Shown here piece by piece: positions 48,358-56,556 of a stretch of DNA of 64,000 bases (within the stretch, counting starts at the first letter, position 1; each line of letters begins with the position of its first letter). This stretch comes from an uncultured Odoribacter sp. (lineage in GTDB: Bacteria > Bacteroidota > Bacteroidia > Bacteroidales > Prolixibacteraceae), in contig CAYRBM010000001.1 in the NCBI GenBank assembly GCA_964422425.1, forward strand, positions 22,701 through 86,700, read 5' to 3'. The position numbers and the translations under genes were made by a program. Under the pieces are notes generated by a model. That model did no database searches, was not told the DNA's origin, and worked only from the letters and a program-made list of their open reading frames with translations.

Positions 48358-50466
48358 TTACTTTTTCTTCACCAAAACCACCGAAACACTTTTACCAGCC
48401 TCTTCGCCTTTGGGCAACTTTACCGTCCAGGTTGTGCTTCCCTGCGACGAAGCCAAACTGTCGTTCGAATTTTCAGACTGGAAGTTTCCTTTCAGGGTCA
48501 GTTTAACTTGAACCAATTTTTGGGTTGGATCGGAAACAGATACCGACAAACCGTTTTTCTCTGCTTTTAACATGACCACGCAGGGCTGATCGGTTTCAAT
48601 TCCTCCGAAAACATCCGATTGGCCTGCCTGATAAAAGGCCACTCCGGCCCATTTTTGGTCGGCTGAAACAACCGCTTGCTCGGCCGCATCATTTTTGACA
48701 ATCCGGAACGACGGCCTGGACTCCATTTGTTGCATTTTGGCTTTGCCGGCCTTCGGAACGATGCAATAGGCATAGGATTGTTGGGCCGGATTGGCACCAT
48801 GTTCGAACCACAATTTGAAGATTCCGGCTTTAATCGGTTCGTCTTTGTACATGGCTGCCACCGCATGCCACGAACCGGTCACCGTTTTCGTTTCCAGTTT
48901 CAGGTTTCCGCCTTCAGGAAAGAAATATCCTGCCTGATCGTGTAAAATCCATTTGGGTGTAATGGTTTCCGAAGATTCGGCCGGGACGATTTTTTCCGAC
49001 CTGGTTTTCACCAGAACTTCCCCGTTCAGGAACGATTGATTCACCGAAGTAGTTACCGGAATGCCTGATTCAACAGTGATTCCAGCGCCCAGGCACACAA
49101 TCTGGTCGTTGAAAATGAACCATGTTTTCCGGGCCGAAAGTCCATTACGGTTGTAATCCATCACGGCCACGCCCGTTTTTCCATCGGAAACACCACCCAC
49201 AAAATTGCTCGGAATACGATAACCCGAAGCGGTCAGAACCGGCAATTCTTTATCGTCCTGTTGGGTTGTGGTACCCGGAATTTTCTTCCAGTCCCAATAC
49301 GGAAAGATGTTTTCGTATTCTTTGCCCGACTGGTACAAATAGGTAGCCCCGTCGCCCAAATAGTATCCCTGAAGGTTTTCGGAGTTGCACGACTCGGCGC
49401 CAATCACCCTTTCGGAACACATTTTCACCGAAAAATAGTATTCGGGTGTGCGCTGAACCTGAAAATCGGACCGCCAAAAGTGTTTGTTTCCCACCAGAGT
49501 GGTGTACTGGCCCGCTTTTTTGTAGGCTTCGGCATTGGCCGGATCGAGCACCTGCATCTGCTCGAAATTTCGGGCCAGACTGCGGGCTTTCCCGGTTTGG
49601 GCATTCACAAACAACTGCCGTCCGCAGGCGCTGATGTCCATCTGGTTTTTCCAGGTAATCCATTGCTGGCCGTCGATCAGGTAATTGCGAAGAATGCTCA
49701 TTTTCGATTCGTCGAAGTAAAACGGGGTATTTCGGAGCAATCGGATCCATTTAATCATGTCGCCCACATAGGCCAGCCCGTAATTTCCGAATTGAATCTG
49801 CGGACCGTGCTGATGAAACGAGCCATCGGGCTGGATGCCTTCGCCCATGCCCACGGTCATTTCCTCCTGAATAGCGCGCGCTGCCTTGCGAATCATTTCG
49901 GCATTGCGCTGAAGCAACGACTTCAGGAGAACATTGCCCGATTGCCAAACTTTGTTTTGGCCGGTCATGCCAATTTTGGAGCGGTCGAGGATTTTGATAC
50001 CCTTGGCCATTTGTTCCGGCGAAAGCTGGTCTTCCATGATAATCAGGATGGGCGCCAGTTGCATGGGCACACCAATTTCGGGGTACCACCAGTTGGGGCA
50101 CTGAAAATCGTTGTCGAGCCAGTAATTGAGCGCAAGATGAATTTTGGCCAGCAATTTCGGGTTGTTATAAAAATCGGAGCCTGGTTTTCGCCAGGCCTTG
50201 GCCATTGTTTGCACATAACTCAGGTGCAGAGCAGGTTCCCAGCTTCCGCGCTGTTTGCTTTGGTAAGGAATGTTGTCCCACGCGCCACGCTCGTCCATTC
50301 GGTCAACCAGTGCCTGAAGCGTATCGCTCACCGGATTTCCGGATAATAATTCGGTTAACACATTTTCGTGCAATTGCTCCAGATCGGCCGGATAACCAGT
50401 ATCGGGCCTGGCAAAAACGCCGGCTGAAACGACAAGAGAAAGGAAAATTAGAAGAATTCGGTTCAT
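48358..50466 (-). CDS. PL8 lyase (chondroitin AC/hyaluronate lyase-like)
   Basis: NWWYPEIG, TGQNKVW, SFHQHGPQIQFGNYG, GRQ, WDWKKIPGTT, FVGGVSDG; start MNRIL (ATG 50466). Confidence 0.88.
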   Translation of the reverse strand: MNRILLIFLSLVVSAGVFARPDTGYPADLEQLHENVLTELLSGNPVSDTLQALVDRMDERGAWDNIPYQSKQRGSWEPALHLSYVQTMAKAWRKPGSDFYNNPKLLAKIHLALNYWLDNDFQCPNWWYPEIGVPMQLAPILIIMEDQLSPEQMAKGIKILDRSKIGMTGQNKVWQSGNVLLKSLLQRNAEMIRKAARAIQEEMTVGMGEGIQPDGSFHQHGPQIQFGNYGLAYVGDMIKWIRLLRNTPFYFDESKMSILRNYLIDGQQWITWKNQMDISACGRQLFVNAQTGKARSLARNFEQMQVLDPANAEAYKKAGQYTTLVGNKHFWRSDFQVQRTPEYYFSVKMCSERVIGAESCNSENLQGYYLGDGATYLYQSGKEYENIFPYWDWKKIPGTTTQQDDKELPVLTASGYRIPSNFVGGVSDGKTGVAVMDYNRNGLSARKTWFIFNDQIVCLGAGITVESGIPVTTSVNQSFLNGEVLVKTRSEKIVPAESSETITPKWILHDQAGYFFPEGGNLKLETKTVTGSWHAVAAMYKDEPIKAGIFKLWFEHGANPAQQSYAYCIVPKAGKAKMQQMESRPSFRIVKNDAAEQAVVSADQKWAGVAFYQAGQSDVFGGIETDQPCVVMLKAEKNGLSVSVSDPTQKLVQVKLTLKGNFQSENSNDSLASSQGSTTWTVKLPKGEEAGKSVSVVLVKKK

Positions 50467-50519
50467 TGATGTTGGTTTAAATGTATCTGTTTTTCGATTT
50501 AAATCAATCCACTTTTTCG

Positions 50520-50826
50520 GCCTGAAGGGCCAGAATATTATAGCCCTGGGCAATGTTTCGGGAGGAACGATCCGAAATGTCGCCCAGGGAAAAGAAGAAA
50601 AAAGATTTAACCGTCCGCGAGACAAGGTTATTCAAAATAAAAGCAATGTATCGGACGGAATAGAGCAAATTATTTACAGGAGAATTAGAATTGCGCCTTT
50701 TCGTCCGAATAAATGTTAGCTTATAGACAAACCTTTTTACGCGGACGAACTTGAAATCCTTTCTCCAACCCAGGGCGACACTCCTTCGTCGTTTGCCCTG
50801 GGCTAGATTATTCCAGCCTTTCAGGC
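50520..50826. mobile_element. REPIN/MITE-like inverted doublet, copy 1
   Basis: Imperfect terminal inverted repeats gcctgaagggc...tagccctgggc / gccctgggctag...gcctttcaggc; internal CGTCCG/CGGACG boxes; homologous to 54346..54611. Confidence 0.7.
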
Positions 50827-50878
50827 TGTTCTTATTTGATCGAATATCTTTAATCATGATCAATTATTCGATAAAAAT

Positions 50879-52918
50879 CTATTTCCTGAAATCTATTTTT
50901 ACTGAACTACTGTCGAGGAAAGGAACGCGGATTGTCCAGATTCCTTTTCCGGCTTCGGCAACCTGAACAGTAACCGATGTTTCGTCTTTCGAAATTACAT
51001 TGGCGCTGATGGGCGGACATTTTCCTTCCGATGGCCATAAAATCCATACAAACGAATCGCTGCCGTTCAGTTGTCTGGAATAAACGGTAGTTGGATTAGG
51101 TTCAAACGTGTTGTATTCTTTACTGTACCAACCCTGAATGGTTGGCGTTTCCTGTCCTTTTACTTCAGAGATTTTCCAATCGGAAGTGCTGACCGGAATG
51201 ATCGCCAGATTTCCACGCTCATTTGCCGTTGCCACAATTCCTGACTTTTGAATCTCAACCTGATTGGCAGGGTTCCAATGCCACAACGCTTCAATTTTTC
51301 TCGGGCGGTCGATCTTCAACTGGTCGGCCACCACCCAGAACTTTCCGCGAACATATACCATCGATCGGGCGTGACTAAACTGACCTTCAACTCCCGAAAA
51401 CTTGTCGAAAATTCCGGAGCCGTAATCGTATTCCGGGGTGATTGCATATAAACTTTTTGCCAATGGCGCCTCCGCAACTTTGGGCCCATCGGCCTGACCG
51501 TTGCCGTCCACCAGAATCACATTGTGGCTGGCGCTTCCTACAGCATATTTCCTGAACTTGTTGGCCACTTCGCCCCGGTAGGCAAAACGGCCACAATCAA
51601 CCAGCAAATCGCGCCCGTAAGCAAAAACCGACAAGTGGAGCTTGTCGTTGTGCTGGTGCCCGCTTCCCCACGGACCAATATCGAAAAACGACCACTGAGC
51701 ATCGGCATCAAAGCCGCTTCTGGAAATGAGTTGTCCGGCATAGGGAAAAACATACGAAGGGCCCGAGTTCGGCTTAATTCCCGATTTCCCATTGTTTACG
51801 ATGTATTCCCAGTCTTTGCGGTTGTATTCCGAAGCTGCTTTCAGCAATCGTTCGCGGTTATCCATCAAATCGGCATCGTTGTTTAGCAGGCCAAAACCAT
51901 CAGGACGAATGGAGAGTGCGAGGTAATTGTACATGTCTTCCAGTGTTTTGGTGTAATACTCCGGAAGCGACACCTTATTTTTTTGACAGATATCGGCGAA
52001 CAGTTTGAAATTTGAAAGGGCCACAAAATGATAGCTCGAAGTCAGCTCCGTTTGTACACCATCCGGATAAATCTGATCTTTCATGCTGGCCACCATTGTT
52101 GAGATGGAATAGTCCATCCACGCTTTCGACTCTTTCAGTTCGGGCCACGACGATGCAACAGTTGCCAATCCCGAAATTTCCATGGTCAGCCAGTTGCCCT
52201 GCGCATGAAAATTGCGGGCATAGTGCGCATGATCGGGCAGACTGCTTAAAATCAATAATCGGGTAGCAGGCGAAATCAGTTTCGTATTCCAAAGATCAAA
52301 GAAAACCTGCGACCACATTTTTACCCTGAAGCTTACTTCCAACCCACGCCACATGGCCGTACTGCTCTTTTTCTCCGGATAAGGCCAGCTGCTGATGATC
52401 CAGTCTTTGGTAAACTGGTCGATGTACTGCGCATATTTCGGATTGCCGGTTTTTTCCCAGGCATCGAGCAAATCGCGCGTTGGGTAGTGGCGGTTGAGCG
52501 CCCAGGCCCATTCGATATCGTCTTCCGGGCCGTTGTGCGCCCATTTTAGCCGGCCATCAGGCAGTCGAGGCACTTGCCCCGATACATTCTGAAAGGTGTA
52601 AATATCCTGAAGTATCGAATCTGCCGCCGTGGTCGTTTGCGCTGTTACTTTAGGCAAATTTTTCCTGATCCGATCAGATTTTCCGTAATAATCGAGCAGG
52701 CTTTCGCAGGCTTCCGCAAGATCTTTCTTTTCGTACGCAGCCTTTACCTGCTGCAACCCGGGATAATCGAGATTCAGGTTTTGAAAAATGTACTGCATCT
52801 TTTCAGGATAACTCTTGCAAACATCGTCAACCGACTGCATTTGTTTCCAGTTGGATTGCGCTCCGGCGAAAATCGGAAGGAGCAGCAGCAATGCAAAAAC
52901 TAAATTTCTGGTCTTCAT
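50879..52918 (-). CDS. Heparinase II/III family (PL12-like) lyase
   Basis: EWAWALNRH, QGNWLTME, DGVQTELTSSYH, GHQHND, SHNVILVDG. Confidence 0.82.
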   Translation of the reverse strand: MKTRNLVFALLLLLPIFAGAQSNWKQMQSVDDVCKSYPEKMQYIFQNLNLDYPGLQQVKAAYEKKDLAEACESLLDYYGKSDRIRKNLPKVTAQTTTAADSILQDIYTFQNVSGQVPRLPDGRLKWAHNGPEDDIEWAWALNRHYPTRDLLDAWEKTGNPKYAQYIDQFTKDWIISSWPYPEKKSSTAMWRGLEVSFRVKMWSQVFFDLWNTKLISPATRLLILSSLPDHAHYARNFHAQGNWLTMEISGLATVASSWPELKESKAWMDYSISTMVASMKDQIYPDGVQTELTSSYHFVALSNFKLFADICQKNKVSLPEYYTKTLEDMYNYLALSIRPDGFGLLNNDADLMDNRERLLKAASEYNRKDWEYIVNNGKSGIKPNSGPSYVFPYAGQLISRSGFDADAQWSFFDIGPWGSGHQHNDKLHLSVFAYGRDLLVDCGRFAYRGEVANKFRKYAVGSASHNVILVDGNGQADGPKVAEAPLAKSLYAITPEYDYGSGIFDKFSGVEGQFSHARSMVYVRGKFWVVADQLKIDRPRKIEALWHWNPANQVEIQKSGIVATANERGNLAIIPVSTSDWKISEVKGQETPTIQGWYSKEYNTFEPNPTTVYSRQLNGSDSFVWILWPSEGKCPPISANVISKDETSVTVQVAEAGKGIWTIRVPFLDSSSVKIDFRK

Positions 52919-52920
52919 TG

Positions 52921-54321
52921 TTAGTTCTTTTTCAGCTTGAATAAATACAACTGGCTGGCTTCGGGCCAGGGTTCAGGCCGTGCCTGGTCGCGATTGGCGG
53001 GCAACGTTTCCCATTTCAGCATATACCTGATTTTGTCGTTTTCGGTTTTGCCCAAATCCGACGAGGTGCGCACCTGCAAACCAGCGAATGTTCCTTCGAG
53101 CTTCGAAATGGCTGACGGCAACGATGGTTTGCGCACTTGTCCGCAAATTTCCATTTTCTCATTTAGGAGAAAAGTGCCATTGCCATATTTGATGTGCCCG
53201 TAGCCCAGTTCGTAATAGCCGTCGCCGCGGTTTTTAAAAGCACCCACCCGCACTTCGTTGTTAATACTGCCATTTCCTGAAAATTCCCACCGATAATCCC
53301 AGTTGGTCAGTTGCCTGATTTCCCATTTTTTTCCTGAAGGGCGCGCAGTGTAAAACTGAAGGTTGCCTGCCTGATCGTATTTGTGGTAGGCGAAAATGGG
53401 TTTGCCGGTATTGTCGAAACACAGACTGGCCGCGAGATTAATGATGCCGCCTTTGACCGGAATCGGGTCAACAATGACAGCTTTATTGTCGGGCGTCACC
53501 GGCAATTTCACCGGCTCGCCAAATGCGTTGAACCAGTTTTTCAGGTCGGGGCTTTTGATGTAAGAAAGGTCGTGATTAGTCGAACAGTCGGGCGTATCGC
53601 GCCACACCCAGTACACGTGATACCAGTTGTCTTCGAGCAACGTTGGCTGCGTTTGGTAGGCATTCATTTGCCCCAATCCGTCGGTCAGCGGAGTATCTAG
53701 CAAACGCTGCCATTTCAGCGTTTTCGAATTAAACAGGTTGTAAATCTCGTTGCCACTTCCGCTGGCTCCATCGCGGTAATGAAAAATCAGTTCTCCTTCG
53801 CGGGTATTCATAAAATGCGGATAGGTACAGCGGTTTTCATTGGTTCCCACCATGCTCATTTCCTGTTTCAGCGTAGAAATGTCGTTGGGTTTTGCACTTC
53901 GGAAATAAGTAATCGGGTGAACGTGCATATTTCCGGCCAAATGAATATATCCATCGGGATCCATGCCCAGCGTTACACTGTTGTGGCTGTCCCAGCCCAG
54001 CACCGTGCTGGTTCCTCCGGAAGTTTCGCGCGAGGTGGCTGGCAAAATGGTCAGTTCAAATTTGGGATCACCCAGATTGCGCTGCCCCACCACCATGTTA
54101 CGATTGGCATTGTAATAGGCGATGTACTGGCGATTGCCGCGGGTTAGCAGACTAAAACCCACCGGATGGCCGGCCCAAACTTTGTCGATGGTAATAACCT
54201 GATCAACCGTTTCGGAGTTTTTGGTTTCGTCGATGATTTTGTTTAGGTCATCGGAATCGGATTGTGCACAGGCTGAAAAAGCAATGAGCCAGGCGGCAAG
54301 AAACAGGAACGAGTTTTTCAT
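52921..54321 (-). CDS. BNR-4 repeat beta-propeller protein (PL24-like motifs)
   Basis: DSHNSVTLG..DGYIHLAGNMH, TYP, YRDGASG, SPDLKNW. Confidence 0.72.
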   Translation of the reverse strand: MKNSFLFLAAWLIAFSACAQSDSDDLNKIIDETKNSETVDQVITIDKVWAGHPVGFSLLTRGNRQYIAYYNANRNMVVGQRNLGDPKFELTILPATSRETSGGTSTVLGWDSHNSVTLGMDPDGYIHLAGNMHVHPITYFRSAKPNDISTLKQEMSMVGTNENRCTYPHFMNTREGELIFHYRDGASGSGNEIYNLFNSKTLKWQRLLDTPLTDGLGQMNAYQTQPTLLEDNWYHVYWVWRDTPDCSTNHDLSYIKSPDLKNWFNAFGEPVKLPVTPDNKAVIVDPIPVKGGIINLAASLCFDNTGKPIFAYHKYDQAGNLQFYTARPSGKKWEIRQLTNWDYRWEFSGNGSINNEVRVGAFKNRGDGYYELGYGHIKYGNGTFLLNEKMEICGQVRKPSLPSAISKLEGTFAGLQVRTSSDLGKTENDKIRYMLKWETLPANRDQARPEPWPEASQLYLFKLKKN

Positions 54322-54345
54322 ATCAAAAAAATTTTAGGTTTTCCG

Positions 54346-54611
54346 GCCTGAAGGGCCAGAATAATCTAGCCCAGGGCAACGCCCTGGGTAAAAGAAAATA
54401 GGTTAATTCCGTCCGCGAAAACATGATTGGCGAAGCGAAATTCATTCGTTCGGACGGAAGTGAGCGAATTATTTCGTGATAAACCAAGGATACTCCATTT
54501 CGTCCGGATATTAGTTAGCACATTATCGGAATTCATCGCGCGGACGAACTTCAAACCCTTTCCTCCACCCGGGGCGTTGCCCCGGGCTAGTGTAGGACGT
54601 CCTTTCAGGAC
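54346..54611. mobile_element. REPIN/MITE-like inverted doublet, copy 2
   Basis: gcctgaagggccagaataatctagcccagggcaacgccctggg ... cccggggcgttgccccgggctag...cctttcaggac; same four internal boxes as copy 1. Confidence 0.7.
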
Positions 54612-54658
54612 TAAAAATTCATTTTTAATCATCGTCGGTCGAAAAAAGTATCCAGTTT

Positions 54659-56539
54659 CTACCATTTATCCAACGGTTGTTTAAATTTTACCTTTTCGGC
54701 TTTAACCGAACCCGGAACCAACAGCACCTGAACGGCCTGCTTTTCGCGCGGCTCGAGCTGCATTTCGAAGCCCACCAGCGTAGTGCCCGGATTGGGGGCA
54801 TCGTAGGTGGTGGTTGGCGTGGTTGACCATGTTTTCATTGTCACCTTTGCCTCGGTGTTTACCATCAGATTCAATGTTTTGCCGTCTTTGGTCAATGTGA
54901 TGGATTTATCTCCAAACGTTGGTGTTGCAGTGGTTAGCATGGTCCAGCGCACGATGATTGGCTTGTTGGGCGCAATCAGTTCATCGCTGACGACGACGAA
55001 TTTCCCATTAACAATAGCTACACCACGTTTTGCCGATTCCAATTGATTTTCGTAAACCGACGAAATATCAGAAACGGCATACATGAATTTCGGACTGTCG
55101 GAAAAACGATCGATTTTGGCATAGCCTTTCACTTGCTGCAACTGGTTATCGATGGTCAGTGTGTTGTGCACGAAGTTGTTCAGTCGGAAAACAGTCCAGC
55201 GCTGGGCATCCTGTGTGCGGCCAAACAAAGCAATTCCTTTCGATTCGAGCGACTCATAATCCTGCATTCCAAAATCGGATGCCCAACGAATACCGTCGGA
55301 TTCCATAATGAACGAACCCACATCCATGTGCCCATGATTAACCGATGGCGAACCGGCTTTAAAGCCTACATAAATGGCATTCGGGTCGGTCCACGAAGTG
55401 CGCATCAGGGCAACCGGGTTGGCTCCCTGCCCTTTCCAGGCCTTTACTTTGGGTTCGGCTATTTTTTCGAGCGGAAGGTTTTTGCCCCATATCATGATGG
55501 CCGGCAACAGGCGGTCGCGGGTAAAACGTGAATAATCGTCGCGTCCGAGGTATTTCTTCTCTACCCACAACTGCGATGGGTCGTTGTTCTTTTGTGCCAA
55601 CCAGAACATGGTCGGGTTCAAACTGCCTCCCAAACCGGCATCGCCCCAATTGAAACAGGGACCGGTAACGCCCGTCATATTTTGCAGAAATCCGGAAGTT
55701 TGCAAAAATCCCGGCGTTTTATTCAGGCCAAAATCCGATTTAAATACCGTTTCAACAGCACTCAAAAACATCACATTGAACGAAGTTCCGTAACCCCAGT
55801 AGCCATATCCTTCGGGATAAGCGCCGTCGGGTTTATATTCGTCCATCGACAGGTGAATTGTATTCAAAGCCCGCTCGATCATGTTTTTTGCCAACTCCGG
55901 ATTTTCTTCGGCAACTGCCACCGCACCGTAGGTCATTCCGGCGTTGCACACCTGGTTCCAGTTGTTGGTTACCCGCTGCCAGCTGTTGTATTTCGAATCG
56001 AGCGACGGATTCAACCCTTTGCTGATAATGGCTTCGCTGATGATTTTCTTCGACTCGGGCGAAAGTTTCGGGAATAGCCAGTCGTAACCAATGGCAACGG
56101 CCATCGTCATTTCGGCCACATCCAGAAAATGTGACGGATTCCAGTCGGAGAATTTCGAAATAACGAGCATTTCCTTTTCACAGCGGTCGAAATATTTTTG
56201 TTCGCCGGTCATTCGCCATGCATACGAAAGTTGAAAAATCCGGCGCAGGGCTTCGCGCGATTTGTCCAACAATCGCCGGCCGATCTGGATGCGTTCGATG
56301 GGCGGCAATCCAATGATTTGGTCGCTTTCCTTCAGAATGGCTTCGTGCATTTTCTTCCAGGTGGCGCTCGCAGCAATCGACTGCTGAATCTGCTGTTCTT
56401 CACCCTTCAGGAGTAAAATGCGCGGATGCTGAAGGTTTTTTACGGTCTCAATCTGGATTTTTTGCTGCGCAACTACAGGAAATGCAATTGCAAAAAATAG
56501 CAGTAAGCTTAAAAGTTTAAAAGGTCTGGTCATATTCAT
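54659..56539 (-). CDS. Heparinase II/III family (PL35-like) lyase
   Basis: HPRILL, WNPSHFLDVAEM, NNWNQVCN, YPEGYGYW, NHGHMD, HNTLTI; start MNMTR (ATG 56539). Confidence 0.82.
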   Translation of the reverse strand: MNMTRPFKLLSLLLFFAIAFPVVAQQKIQIETVKNLQHPRILLLKGEEQQIQQSIAASATWKKMHEAILKESDQIIGLPPIERIQIGRRLLDKSREALRRIFQLSYAWRMTGEQKYFDRCEKEMLVISKFSDWNPSHFLDVAEMTMAVAIGYDWLFPKLSPESKKIISEAIISKGLNPSLDSKYNSWQRVTNNWNQVCNAGMTYGAVAVAEENPELAKNMIERALNTIHLSMDEYKPDGAYPEGYGYWGYGTSFNVMFLSAVETVFKSDFGLNKTPGFLQTSGFLQNMTGVTGPCFNWGDAGLGGSLNPTMFWLAQKNNDPSQLWVEKKYLGRDDYSRFTRDRLLPAIMIWGKNLPLEKIAEPKVKAWKGQGANPVALMRTSWTDPNAIYVGFKAGSPSVNHGHMDVGSFIMESDGIRWASDFGMQDYESLESKGIALFGRTQDAQRWTVFRLNNFVHNTLTIDNQLQQVKGYAKIDRFSDSPKFMYAVSDISSVYENQLESAKRGVAIVNGKFVVVSDELIAPNKPIIVRWTMLTTATPTFGDKSITLTKDGKTLNLMVNTEAKVTMKTWSTTPTTTYDAPNPGTTLVGFEMQLEPREKQAVQVLLVPGSVKAEKVKFKQPLDKW

Positions 56540-56556
56540 TTGTTGTATAGGTTGGT

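Noticed and set aside
50467-50625. N-terminal ORF extensions in the track (also 18690, 34449, 56671, 59349, 61635, 63889 starts)
   Set aside because: Downstream ATGs give clean signal peptides; the extensions run into repeats, intergenic DNA or neighbouring genes
50611-50750. CRISPR-like reading of the regularly spaced CGTCCG boxes
   Set aside because: Boxes are only ~7-10 nt, alternate in orientation, and no cas genes are present
50504-50966. Small ORFs overlapping the palindromic elements (50504..50863, 50751..50966, 54366..54665, 54427..54684)
   Set aside because: They lie within repeats, show no convincing protein-level conservation between copies and have no transposase motifs
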